Shown here in pieces: positions 30,341 to 38,371 of a stretch of 64,000 nt of DNA (its first letter is position 1; the number at the start of each line of letters is the position of its first letter). Both the position numbers and the translations under genes were made by a program. The notes beneath the pieces are model-generated. The model ran no database searches, had not been told where the DNA came from, and saw only the letters and a program-made list of their open reading frames with translations. This DNA is from an uncultured Aminicenantes bacterium (lineage in GTDB: Bacteria; Acidobacteriota; Aminicenantia; UBA2199), in contig CBDAFS010000049.1 of the NCBI GenBank assembly GCA_965195285.1, forward strand, positions 18,452 to 82,451, read 5' to 3'.

Positions 30341-31317
30341 GGACGGTGCCTTACTTTATTACTTTTTGAATTGTGTTTTTCTTATTTTTGCGTCCCGATA
30401 TAATTTTGGTAATGAATTAACCTGAAGATCTGTAAATAACGGTATCTCAATTATATCAGTATATTTTAATCCGGAAAGCTCTTTTACTAACACCAATAGC
30501 TCTCCTCGAAGCCTTTTTCCTGCAAATGTATTTATATTTACATCCTCGATTTTTATCCCTTTTAGGTTTTCGAATTCCATTAAAATTTTTTCAACAGGTT
30601 CAAAATATCGATCATTAATCCTCTTCCGCCCTGAACTTTGGGCTTTCTTTCTTCTGTCATACCTGAATAATGCCTCTTTTAGAAATTCTTCTGATCCCAA
30701 TACTTCACCATACTTTGATTTAATGATCTTCAATTCTTTCCCAGTCATTCCTGTTAGAAACTTGTAAAACTCCCCTTTACTGGAAAATAGGCCCTCTACG
30801 AATACATCATCTACAATTTTTGATACTCTTCCATCAAAATAATCCTTAATACTCGACCAATTATAATCATTATATTTTTGAACTATACCTGCTTTTACAG
30901 GATTTAGCAGTGCATAACCAATTGACATTCTCAAGTAGGAATCATCCTGAATTAATGTAGATTTAAACCTGTTCTGGAAAACATAACCTTTTCCGCCCTC
31001 TTTTTTCCTGTAATACATCCCGTATTTTCCGTTTATACTTTTGATAAATTCTGAAAATTGGCCACTGCTATTCTCTAGAATGAGATGGTAATGATTATCC
31101 AAAATGCAATATGCAAATACCCTGATCCTGTATCTTTTTATATTTTCTCCAATGTTTTCAAGGAAAAAAATTTTATTTGCACTATCAGAAAAAATATCTT
31201 CTCCATTATGCCCCCGATTCATAACATGATGATATGCTCCTTGATAGGTTACTCTGGCCCTTCTCATGATTAAATTGTATCATAATTAAAAAAAGTAATA
31301 AAGTAAGGCACCGTCCC
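30340..31317. mobile_element. HUH/RAYT-like element bounded by a perfect 28-bp inverted repeat
   Basis: 30340-30367 GGGACGGTGCCTTACTTTATTACTTTTT is the exact reverse complement of 31290-31317. The AT-rich interior holds a single Y1 transposase gene. Confidence 0.85.
30359..31267 (-). CDS. REP-associated tyrosine transposase-like HUH endonuclease (Y1_Tnp) with C-terminal extension
   Basis: YHHVMNRG, AYCILDNHYHL (HUH), GYVFQNRFKS, Y..LNPVKAG (catalytic Tyr), YNWSS. The C-terminal extension has a possible HTH (ELSGLKYTDIIEI). Confidence 0.88.
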   Translation of the reverse strand: MRRARVTYQGAYHHVMNRGHNGEDIFSDSANKIFFLENIGENIKRYRIRVFAYCILDNHYHLILENSSGQFSEFIKSINGKYGMYYRKKEGGKGYVFQNRFKSTLIQDDSYLRMSIGYALLNPVKAGIVQKYNDYNWSSIKDYFDGRVSKIVDDVFVEGLFSSKGEFYKFLTGMTGKELKIIKSKYGEVLGSEEFLKEALFRYDRRKKAQSSGRKRINDRYFEPVEKILMEFENLKGIKIEDVNINTFAGKRLRGELLVLVKELSGLKYTDIIEIPLFTDLQVNSLPKLYRDAKIRKTQFKK

Positions 31318-31338
31318 CGTTTCTTTCCCCGTTTCTTT
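31315..31338 (+). repeat. Tandem 12-bp duplication CCCCGTTTCTTT x2 at the outer edge of the right end
   Basis: ccccgtttcttt ccccgtttcttt, read directly. Confidence 0.9.
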
Positions 31339-31428
31339 GGGGGCCTATCAAATTGCCAATCTTTCTTCATTCAGATATAATATTTTTTTAGATATTGGGC
31401 TTCGAATTCCCGAATCAGGAGGTGTGCT

Positions 31429-31734
31429 ATGGCGGAAAAAAAAGTGAGTGTGACCACGATCGGTCTGGCGATGCTTATCTTTGGAACCCTTTCGCTACTG
31501 GAGTCGACCGGTGTGTTTTCACCTTTTCGCAATTGGTGGCTGCCCGTTATCCTTATCGTTGTGGGATTGCTGGTTGTTTTGAACCGGAAAGGGACGGTGC
31601 GGGTTTTGGGGTGGATCTGTCTGGGCTATGGCGCGGTTTTGCTGTTGATGGCGATGGGCCTCTTTCACCTGACATTTTTGTGGCAGATTTCTCCGATAGC
31701 CTGGATATTTTTCGGGCTGTTTCTTTTGTTGTAA
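31429..31734 (+). CDS. Small membrane protein, LiaF/DUF5668-like
   Basis: Four hydrophobic segments, WWLPVILIVVG and WQISP..WIFFG. SD aggagg. Confidence 0.6.
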   Translation: MAEKKVSVTTIGLAMLIFGTLSLLESTGVFSPFRNWWLPVILIVVGLLVVLNRKGTVRVLGWICLGYGAVLLLMAMGLFHLTFLWQISPIAWIFFGLFLLL

Positions 31735-31775
31735 TCCTCGAATTTTTTCCTCACGAGCAAAAAAACGAAAGCGCG

Positions 31776-31803
31776 GGAACTTCAGGCCTTCCCCGGGCGT
31801 CAA
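31776..31803 (+). promoter_or_regulatory. ECF-type promoter GGAAC-N17-CGTCAA
   Basis: GGAACttcaggccttccccgggCGTCAA about 30 nt upstream of the Spy-like/ECF/anti-sigma operon. Confidence 0.65.
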
Positions 31804-31832
31804 AAGGGTGAAATCCAATCTAGGAGTGAGAC

Positions 31833-32405
31833 ATGAAAAAATGGTTACTTTTGATGTTGATCGTTTTGCTGGCCACGGGCGCATCGTTCGCGCAAATGCC
31901 GGAGGAGGTGAAGAAGGAACTCAATCTAAGCGATAAACAATCCGAGAAGATCGACCAGGCCATGATCGAGTTCAAAAAAGCGAGTGAGAAGTTGTATCTG
32001 GACATGCAGGAACAGGAGTTGAAATTCAAACGAGAAATGCTCTCGGAAGGTCCCGATATCAATCGTATTCGCGTCGTCATACAGAAGAAACACCAATTCG
32101 CCGCACAACTGGAAATTGAAAAAATTAAAAACATTTTAAGAATCAAATCGGTGATGAGTGAGAAACAATTCCAGCGGTGGAAAGATTTTGAGAAGGTGAA
32201 AATGGTTTATGAGGAGCAGGATCGGCAGAGGCGTGAGGCACTGCGGTTGACCAGGGAGCATGAGCGCCAAAAACGCGAAGAGCTCCGAAAGTTCAGGGAG
32301 GAGGAGCGGAAATACGTAGAACGGGAAAAGCAGAAGGCGGAATTGAAACGGATAGAAGAGGAGAAACGTCGTACAAAAAAGGAAGACGACGGATTCCCGC
32401 ACTGA
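31833..32405 (+). CDS. Spy/CpxP (LTXXQ)-like periplasmic protein with coiled-coil tail
   Basis: Signal peptide, LNLSDKQ and MSEKQ repeats, E/R/K-rich C-terminus. Confidence 0.65.
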   Translation: MKKWLLLMLIVLLATGASFAQMPEEVKKELNLSDKQSEKIDQAMIEFKKASEKLYLDMQEQELKFKREMLSEGPDINRIRVVIQKKHQFAAQLEIEKIKNILRIKSVMSEKQFQRWKDFEKVKMVYEEQDRQRREALRLTREHERQKREELRKFREEERKYVEREKQKAELKRIEEEKRRTKKEDDGFPH

Positions 32406-32415
32406 AGAATGGCGT

Positions 32416-32952
32416 ATGGTGGATGAGAGTGAGCGCATCTTTATCGATCGCCTGAAGGCGGGGGAGTCCTCCGCCTTCGACCATCTCATACACGACCAGC
32501 GTCCCGCGTTGCTGCGGTTGGCAACCGTGATCACCGGGGATCGGGAGGCGGGGGAGGACGTGGTGCAGGAAACATTTTTGAATTTGTATCGGTCTATACA
32601 AAGCTTTAACGGCCACGGACGTTTGTCCACCTACCTCTACCGGATGACCGTAAACGGCAGCATCAGCCATCTGCGCGCCCGGCGCAGGCGGTCACAGCTC
32701 ACTCAGCGCCTGCCGCAAATCCAGGACGTGGACGATGTGGGGGCGGAGGTGGAGAAGAGGGAAACGGTGGCCGCCGCTCTGGCCAGGCTGCCACTCAAGT
32801 TCCGGGCGCCATTGCTGCTCTTGGAGGTGATGGAATTGCCGTACAGAGAGATTGCGCAGGTACTTAAAATCCCGGTGAACACCGTGCGCTCACGGATATT
32901 CCGGGCTCGGGAGAAGTTGCTGAACATTTTAAAAAATTTGGGGAACGCATGA
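32416..32952 (+). CDS. ECF RNA polymerase sigma factor
   Basis: AGEDVVQETF, STYLYRMTVN, region 4 YREIAQVLKIPVNTVRSRIFRAR. Confidence 0.92.
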   Translation: MVDESERIFIDRLKAGESSAFDHLIHDQRPALLRLATVITGDREAGEDVVQETFLNLYRSIQSFNGHGRLSTYLYRMTVNGSISHLRARRRRSQLTQRLPQIQDVDDVGAEVEKRETVAAALARLPLKFRAPLLLLEVMELPYREIAQVLKIPVNTVRSRIFRAREKLLNILKNLGNA

Positions 32953-33482
32953 AAAAGAGATGTTACTTTTATAAACGGTTACTAAGCCGCCGCATCGACG
33001 GTGATCTCGGCGGCGATGAGGCAGCGATCCTGGAAGACCACCTCAAACAATGCCCCGACTGTCGCGCCAGGGAGCAGCGTTACACCCGCCTGAGAGAGGA
33101 AATAAAAAATCTTCATACCACCGCCAACCAATCATGGGCCCGAACCGTGCTCCCCATGCCCGGAAAAAACCTGGCGGGCCGCTTCGCCTGGAAACGGTCT
33201 CTCGGCTGGATTACCGCGGCCGTGGTGATTTTTATTCTCGGATTCCTCCTCTTTGTCCGTTCCGATCCCTTGAACAGACTGGCGAGAAAAAATCCGCTCG
33301 TGTATGAACCCATGCGTACCTTCATTTGCTTTACGGACGAGAGCGGAGCCGGACAAAAAACCGTCTCATCAGAGCCATACAATCCCATGAGTCATTATAT
33401 CGCCCGGGTGGACAGCGGCCAGCAGATCAATCGGTTTTTTTTAAACGAGCAGACGGTCAACGACATTATTTCTGAACAGTAA
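32949..33482 (+). CDS. Zinc-binding (ZAS, zf-HC2) anti-sigma factor
   Basis: HLKQCPDC motif and a single TM. ATGA-coupled to the sigma gene. Confidence 0.85.
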   Translation: MKKRCYFYKRLLSRRIDGDLGGDEAAILEDHLKQCPDCRAREQRYTRLREEIKNLHTTANQSWARTVLPMPGKNLAGRFAWKRSLGWITAAVVIFILGFLLFVRSDPLNRLARKNPLVYEPMRTFICFTDESGAGQKTVSSEPYNPMSHYIARVDSGQQINRFFLNEQTVNDIISEQ

Positions 33483-33498
33483 CCGTCGTTTTCTCAGA

Positions 33499-33528
33499 TC
33501 CCCCCCATCGTCCGATGGCGGACGGGAT
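33499..33528 (+). terminator. GC-rich hairpin after the ECF operon, directly before the second left end
   Basis: cgtccg-atgg-cggacg stem, with flanking atccc/gggat complementarity. Confidence 0.4.
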
Positions 33529-33707
33529 AAAGCTAGGGACGATGCCTTACTTTATTATTAATGGATATGTTCATCGTTTTTCTAAAAAAACAGTTCGCCT
33601 AATTTTCCCTATATCCTTGACATGTCACCTGAACTTGGTTTATACAATTATACATATGTTCCAAATCTTTAAAAATATTAAAAACAATCGACCATGAGGA
33701 GGATTTT

Positions 33708-35027
33708 ATGTCAAGAAAAAAAGAAATGAGCCGGCGCAATTTTATTAAAGCATCTGCTGCTGGTGTTGTTGGTACAGGGGTCTTATCTCAGGCTCCTTTA
33801 ATGTCGGCCATAGAAGGAAAAAAAGCAAATTCTGCAAAAATAAAAGAGTATAGGGTCTTGGGTCGAACCGGTTTTAACGTATCTGATATTGGGGTTGGTG
33901 GTGTTACTTCCGTTGGCGTATTAAATGCACTGCTTGATGCGGGTGTCAATTATATTGATTCTGCTGAAGGCTATGGTAGAGGGCAATCAGAGAAGAATAT
34001 TGGAGAAGCGATTCAAGGGAGGGACAGAAAAAAGATTTTTATTACCACGAAATTGGTATTTAAAAAGGATAAACCAGAAACCAAGGAGATGATTATAGAG
34101 CGGTTCCAAAAATGTTTGAAACGTTTACAAACTGATTATGTAGATTGTTTGATGATTCATAGCGCAGCTACTCCAGACGCATTGAAGAACAAAGCTTTTC
34201 ACGCTGCGGTGAAACAGCTTAAAGCAGAAGAAAAACTTCGATTTATTGGAGTTTCCAATCATGGCGGTCATTATGATAATGTTCCTGCATCAATGGAAGA
34301 AGTCTTGCTGGCTGCTGTTGAAGACGGCCGTTTTGATTTGTTTTTGTTGGTTTATAACTTTCTTCAATATGAACAGGCTGACAATGTCATGAAAGCCTGC
34401 AGAAAGAAAAATATCGGTGTTACTCTGATGAAAACAAATCCGGTTGGAAAATATTATGGCTTGCAGGAACGAATTGAGACCATGAAAAAAGAGGGGAAAA
34501 AGGTTCCGGATTTTTATAATAATTATATAGTCCGGCTTAAAACTCAGGTTGATAAGGCAGAGGCATTTATAAAAAAATACAACTTACAAAATCCCAAAGA
34601 AATATCAGCGGCAGCCTATCGCTTTGTACTGGGTAATCCGAATGTGAGTACGGTAAATATTGCATTTCGGAATTTTGATTCTATCGATGAAATCCTTCAA
34701 TTATCCGGAAGTCGATTGACTAAAAAAGATAAAAAAACCCTGGCAGCATATGAAATGGGTTGCAGCCAATTGTATTGCCGACATGCATGTGGTATTTGTG
34801 AGGACAATTGTCAGAGAGGGGTACCGGTTAACACTATCATGCGGTACAGCCATTACTTTGATGCCCAGGGGCGAGAGAAAGAGGCCATGATAAAATATGC
34901 TGCTTTAACCTCAAAAAGGGCCGATCAATGTGAGGATTGCTCGGGTGGATGCGAGGTCAAATGTCCTTATGGAGTTCCCATTCAGGGCCTTTTGGTTCTG
35001 GCACACAACCTGTTAACGCTTAGCTGA
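33708..35027 (+). CDS. Aldo/keto reductase family oxidoreductase with Tat-like leader and C-terminal 4Fe-4S dicluster
   Basis: SRRNFIK, YRVLGRTG, GVNYIDSA..YG, LQTDYVD, CRHACGIC...C and CEDCSGGCEVKCP. Confidence 0.85.
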   Translation: MSRKKEMSRRNFIKASAAGVVGTGVLSQAPLMSAIEGKKANSAKIKEYRVLGRTGFNVSDIGVGGVTSVGVLNALLDAGVNYIDSAEGYGRGQSEKNIGEAIQGRDRKKIFITTKLVFKKDKPETKEMIIERFQKCLKRLQTDYVDCLMIHSAATPDALKNKAFHAAVKQLKAEEKLRFIGVSNHGGHYDNVPASMEEVLLAAVEDGRFDLFLLVYNFLQYEQADNVMKACRKKNIGVTLMKTNPVGKYYGLQERIETMKKEGKKVPDFYNNYIVRLKTQVDKAEAFIKKYNLQNPKEISAAAYRFVLGNPNVSTVNIAFRNFDSIDEILQLSGSRLTKKDKKTLAAYEMGCSQLYCRHACGICEDNCQRGVPVNTIMRYSHYFDAQGREKEAMIKYAALTSKRADQCEDCSGGCEVKCPYGVPIQGLLVLAHNLLTLS

Positions 35028-35039
35028 CGCTTAAAAATA

Positions 35040-35744
35040 GTGAAGGAACCTTTATTACACTTTTTAAGAAAACATGGTGTTAATGTCTCAAATATTGAAA
35101 AAATTGTGTGTGGAAAAAAATATACTGCAGTCCTTTTAAAAAATGGGAATATTGGTGTGTGTGCAAACCTGTTGAATCAGTTTAAAGTTAATATTGAGGA
35201 GTTGAACAACCCTGATTTAAAAAAAATAGAACACAGGATAATTATAACTGCTTATTTTAATGCCACGCTAAATTATTTAAATAATTATCATAATAGTGTC
35301 AATATTTTTGAAGATATTAATTATAAAAAACACAAAAATATAGTAATGATTGGGCTTTTTAAACCTGTCTTGAAAAAATTCAACGATGAAAATATTAAAG
35401 TTGCCGTTTTTGATATGATAAAAAAAAATCGACAACTTACTCCATTAGATGAAAAAAGGGTATACATCCAAAATGCAGATGTGATAATACTTTCTGCAAC
35501 AACTATTTTTAATGGAACGTTTATGGAGATTGTAAAAAATACAGGAGAAATGTGTGATATATTTCTTTTAGGTCCGTCATCAATTATGAATAGGGATATG
35601 TTTGAATATAAAAACATAAAAAAAATTTTCGGATCCATATTTAAATCACATGATAAAAAAGTACTGAACACTATCAAATGCGGGCATGGTACAAGGAAAT
35701 TCTTGCAGTATGGCAAAAAAGTATCTCTTAAAGTAATAAAGTAA
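35040..35744 (+). CDS. DUF364/Rossmann-like (putative heavy-metal/pterin-binding) protein
   Basis: VMIGLFKP, ADVIILSATTIFNGT, LLGPS. Very AT-rich. Its stop codon lies inside the repeat. Confidence 0.7.
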   Translation: MKEPLLHFLRKHGVNVSNIEKIVCGKKYTAVLLKNGNIGVCANLLNQFKVNIEELNNPDLKKIEHRIIITAYFNATLNYLNNYHNSVNIFEDINYKKHKNIVMIGLFKPVLKKFNDENIKVAVFDMIKKNRQLTPLDEKRVYIQNADVIILSATTIFNGTFMEIVKNTGEMCDIFLLGPSSIMNRDMFEYKNIKKIFGSIFKSHDKKVLNTIKCGHGTRKFLQYGKKVSLKVIK

Positions 35745-35753
35745 GGCACCGTC

Positions 35754-35773
35754 CCCGTTTCGTCCCGTTTCGT
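35754..35773 (+). repeat. Tandem 10-bp duplication CCCGTTTCGT x2 at the outer edge of the second right end
   Basis: cccgtttcgt cccgtttcgt, read directly. Confidence 0.9.
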
Positions 35774-35843
35774 TATCATTTAGATATAGATGTGATAAAA
35801 AAGGGTGGCGCCTATTAGGTCGATTGCAAAGATGAATAAGATA

Positions 35844-35872
35844 TTGAAGTAAAGGGGAAATTGCAGTATAAT
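35844..35872 (+). promoter_or_regulatory. Sigma70 promoter of leuS (TTGAAG-N17-TATAAT)
   Basis: ttgaag taaaggggaaattgcag tataat. Confidence 0.55.
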
Positions 35873-35914
35873 ACGGGAAGTATATCAATCTTGAATTCGG
35901 ATGGGTGATAAGCG

Positions 35915-38371
35915 ATGAAGTACAATTTCAAAGAGATTGAAAAAAAATGGCAAAAATCCTGGGAAGCGGAAAAGGTTTTTCAATCGCTTGAGGATGACCA
36001 AAAGCCAAAATTTTACTGCCTGGAGATGTTTCCCTATCCTTCCGGCAGAATTCATATGGGTCATGTCCGCAACTATTCCATCGGTGATGTGGTTGCCCGC
36101 CAGAAAATGATGGGGGGATTCAATGTGCTGCATCCCATGGGCTGGGATGCCCTGGGCATGCCCGCAGAAAACGCTGCCATCAAACACGGATTGCATCCCA
36201 AGGATTGGACCCTGAAAAATATTGAATTCATGAAAGCCCAGCTTAAAAAACTCGGTTTTTCATATGATTGGACCCGGGAACTGGCCACCTGTATGCCCGA
36301 ATATTATAAATGGAATCAATACATTTTCATCAAAATGTTTGAGAAAGGCCTGGCTTATAAGAAAAAATCAGAGGTTAACTGGTGTCCCTCCTGTAAAACC
36401 GTCTTGGCCAACGAGCAGGTTATTGTGGGCAAGTGCTGGAGATGCGATTCCCTGGTCGAATCAAAAGAATTGGACCAGTGGTTTTTAAAAATTGTGGATT
36501 ATGCGGATGAATTGCTCCAGTCACATGACCAACTGCAGAACTGGCCGACCAAAGTACTGCTCATGCAAAAAAACTGGATCGGAAAGAGTGAAGGGGCCGG
36601 GTTCAGTTTTGAGGTGGATGGAACCGGTTTGAAAATAGAAATATTCACCACCCGGCTGGATACCATTTTCGGGTCTACATTTGTTGCCCTGTCGGTCCAG
36701 CATCCGCTGGTCAAGGAGTTGATTCAGGATCATTCCGATTCGGATGGAGTTGAGGTTTTTATCCGGGAGATCGAACAGGAAAGAAAGGCGGGCCGGGAGT
36801 TGACTGAGAAGAAGGGATTCTTTACCGGTAAGTATGCTATCAATCCTTTTAACGGGGAAAGAATCCCCATCTGGCTGGCCAATTTTGTCCTCATCGAGTA
36901 TGGGACCGGAGCCATCATGTCGGTGCCGGCCCATGATGAAAGGGATTTTGAGTTTGCCCGGAAATATAACATACCGGTTCACCGGGTTATTGTGGAGGAC
37001 AAAAACAAGTCCTATCCCAATGAAGTTGAGGAAGTCTTTGTTGAAAAGGGTTACCTGATTAATTCGGGGCCCTATGATGGTCTGAGTTCAGATGAGTCCA
37101 TTGAAAAGATGGGTAAGTTTCTGACTGATAATCGGCTGGGTGAATTGAAGACGATGTTCAGAATCCGGGACTGGGGGATATCCCGTCAGCGGTTCTGGGG
37201 AACCCCGATTCCCATTTTCTACTGTGAAAAATGCGGAGTGGTACCCGAATTGGTTGAGAATTTACCGGTTAAGTTACCCGAAGATGTGGAATTAACCGTT
37301 GAAGGTGGCTCACTCCTGAAACATTCAAAATCGTTTTTGAACGGGAGCTGTCCCACCTGCGGAGGTCCGGCCCAGCGGGAAACCGATACCATGGATACCT
37401 TTTTTGATTCATCCTGGTATTACTTCAGGTATGCGGGCGCATCGGATAAAGAGCCGTTTAAGCCGGAATCGATCCGGTACTGGTTGCCAGTTGATTTCTA
37501 TGTGGGCGGGGAAACCCATGCCATTCTCCATCTCATTTATTCCCGTTTTTTTACTTATGTGTTTCGGGATATGGGCTGGACAGATATTGCCGAACCATTT
37601 CCCCACCTGCTTACTCAGGGAATGGTCACTCTGGGGGGAAGTGCCATGTCAAAATCCAGGGGGAATGTGGTGGATCCCGATCACCTGGTGGAGAAATACG
37701 GGGCCGACACCGTGAGGTTGTTTATTCTTTTTGCTGCGCCTCCGGAAAAAAACCTGGAATGGAACGAACAGGGAGTGGAGGGGGTTGACCGCTTTTTACA
37801 CAGAATCTGGAATCTGTTTCACCGGAATCAGGAACTGTTTTCCCGGGAAAGGGAGTTCGGGATAGCTGATCCTGCCAGCCAGGAATTGTACACCCGGTTG
37901 CAGCAAACCATAAAAAAGGTTACCGAAGATATTGAGGTGAGATTTCATTTGAATACGGCCATAGCAGCCATGATGGAGTTTTTCAATGAGTTGAGTTCAG
38001 CCCATGAGACCCTGAAATCAAAAAATCCCGGATTGCTCAAGCATTGTTTTGAGGAATTGCTGAAGTTGCTGTCCCCGTTTACCCCACATTTTTGTGAAGA
38101 GCTATGGGAAAAAACGGGTCATCAATCCTTTATGGCCAACCAGTGCTGGCCTGAGGTGAATCTGAAATTCGTTTCGGAAGATCAGGTCAATATCATGATC
38201 CAGATCAATGGGAAGATCAGGGAAAAGATTATGGCCAATCTGGACGAAGATGAGACCAAGATAAAGGAAATGGCCTTGAATTCGGAGAAAGTTATGCAGT
38301 ATACACAAGGCAAGGAAATGGTTAAAATCATTTATGTTAAAAATAAGATGTTGAGTATTGTGGTGAAATAA
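35915..38371 (+). CDS. leuS: Leucine--tRNA ligase
   Basis: MFPYPSGRIHMGH (HIGH), SRQRFWGTPIP, DTMDTF, MSKS. Confidence 0.97.
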   Translation: MKYNFKEIEKKWQKSWEAEKVFQSLEDDQKPKFYCLEMFPYPSGRIHMGHVRNYSIGDVVARQKMMGGFNVLHPMGWDALGMPAENAAIKHGLHPKDWTLKNIEFMKAQLKKLGFSYDWTRELATCMPEYYKWNQYIFIKMFEKGLAYKKKSEVNWCPSCKTVLANEQVIVGKCWRCDSLVESKELDQWFLKIVDYADELLQSHDQLQNWPTKVLLMQKNWIGKSEGAGFSFEVDGTGLKIEIFTTRLDTIFGSTFVALSVQHPLVKELIQDHSDSDGVEVFIREIEQERKAGRELTEKKGFFTGKYAINPFNGERIPIWLANFVLIEYGTGAIMSVPAHDERDFEFARKYNIPVHRVIVEDKNKSYPNEVEEVFVEKGYLINSGPYDGLSSDESIEKMGKFLTDNRLGELKTMFRIRDWGISRQRFWGTPIPIFYCEKCGVVPELVENLPVKLPEDVELTVEGGSLLKHSKSFLNGSCPTCGGPAQRETDTMDTFFDSSWYYFRYAGASDKEPFKPESIRYWLPVDFYVGGETHAILHLIYSRFFTYVFRDMGWTDIAEPFPHLLTQGMVTLGGSAMSKSRGNVVDPDHLVEKYGADTVRLFILFAAPPEKNLEWNEQGVEGVDRFLHRIWNLFHRNQELFSREREFGIADPASQELYTRLQQTIKKVTEDIEVRFHLNTAIAAMMEFFNELSSAHETLKSKNPGLLKHCFEELLKLLSPFTPHFCEELWEKTGHQSFMANQCWPEVNLKFVSEDQVNIMIQINGKIREKIMANLDEDETKIKEMALNSEKVMQYTQGKEMVKIIYVKNKMLSIVVK

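Larger units (their letters stand above)
33536..35755. mobile_element. Non-autonomous cassette bounded by the same ends as the HUH element
   Basis: Left end 33530-33557 matches 30334-30361 at 27/28 nt. Right end 35730-35761 is identical over 32 nt to 31292-31323. Carries two cargo genes and no transposase. Confidence 0.8.

Noticed and set aside
30340-31317. Calling the element a classical IS200/IS605
   Set aside because: No tnpB, no subterminal hairpins seen, the protein is far longer than TnpA, and it has RAYT-like motifs (NP.KAG, WSS).
31591-31600. GGGACGGTGC, a 10-bp match to the element end inside the LiaF-like gene
   Set aside because: Lies in an intact reading frame (KGTVR), lacks the CTTACTTTATTA half and the flanks, and is plausibly chance.
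30311-35773. CRISPR array or integron attC interpretation of the repeats
   Set aside because: Only four copies in alternating orientation, kilobases apart. No cas or tyrosine integrase gene and no attC-type internal palindrome.
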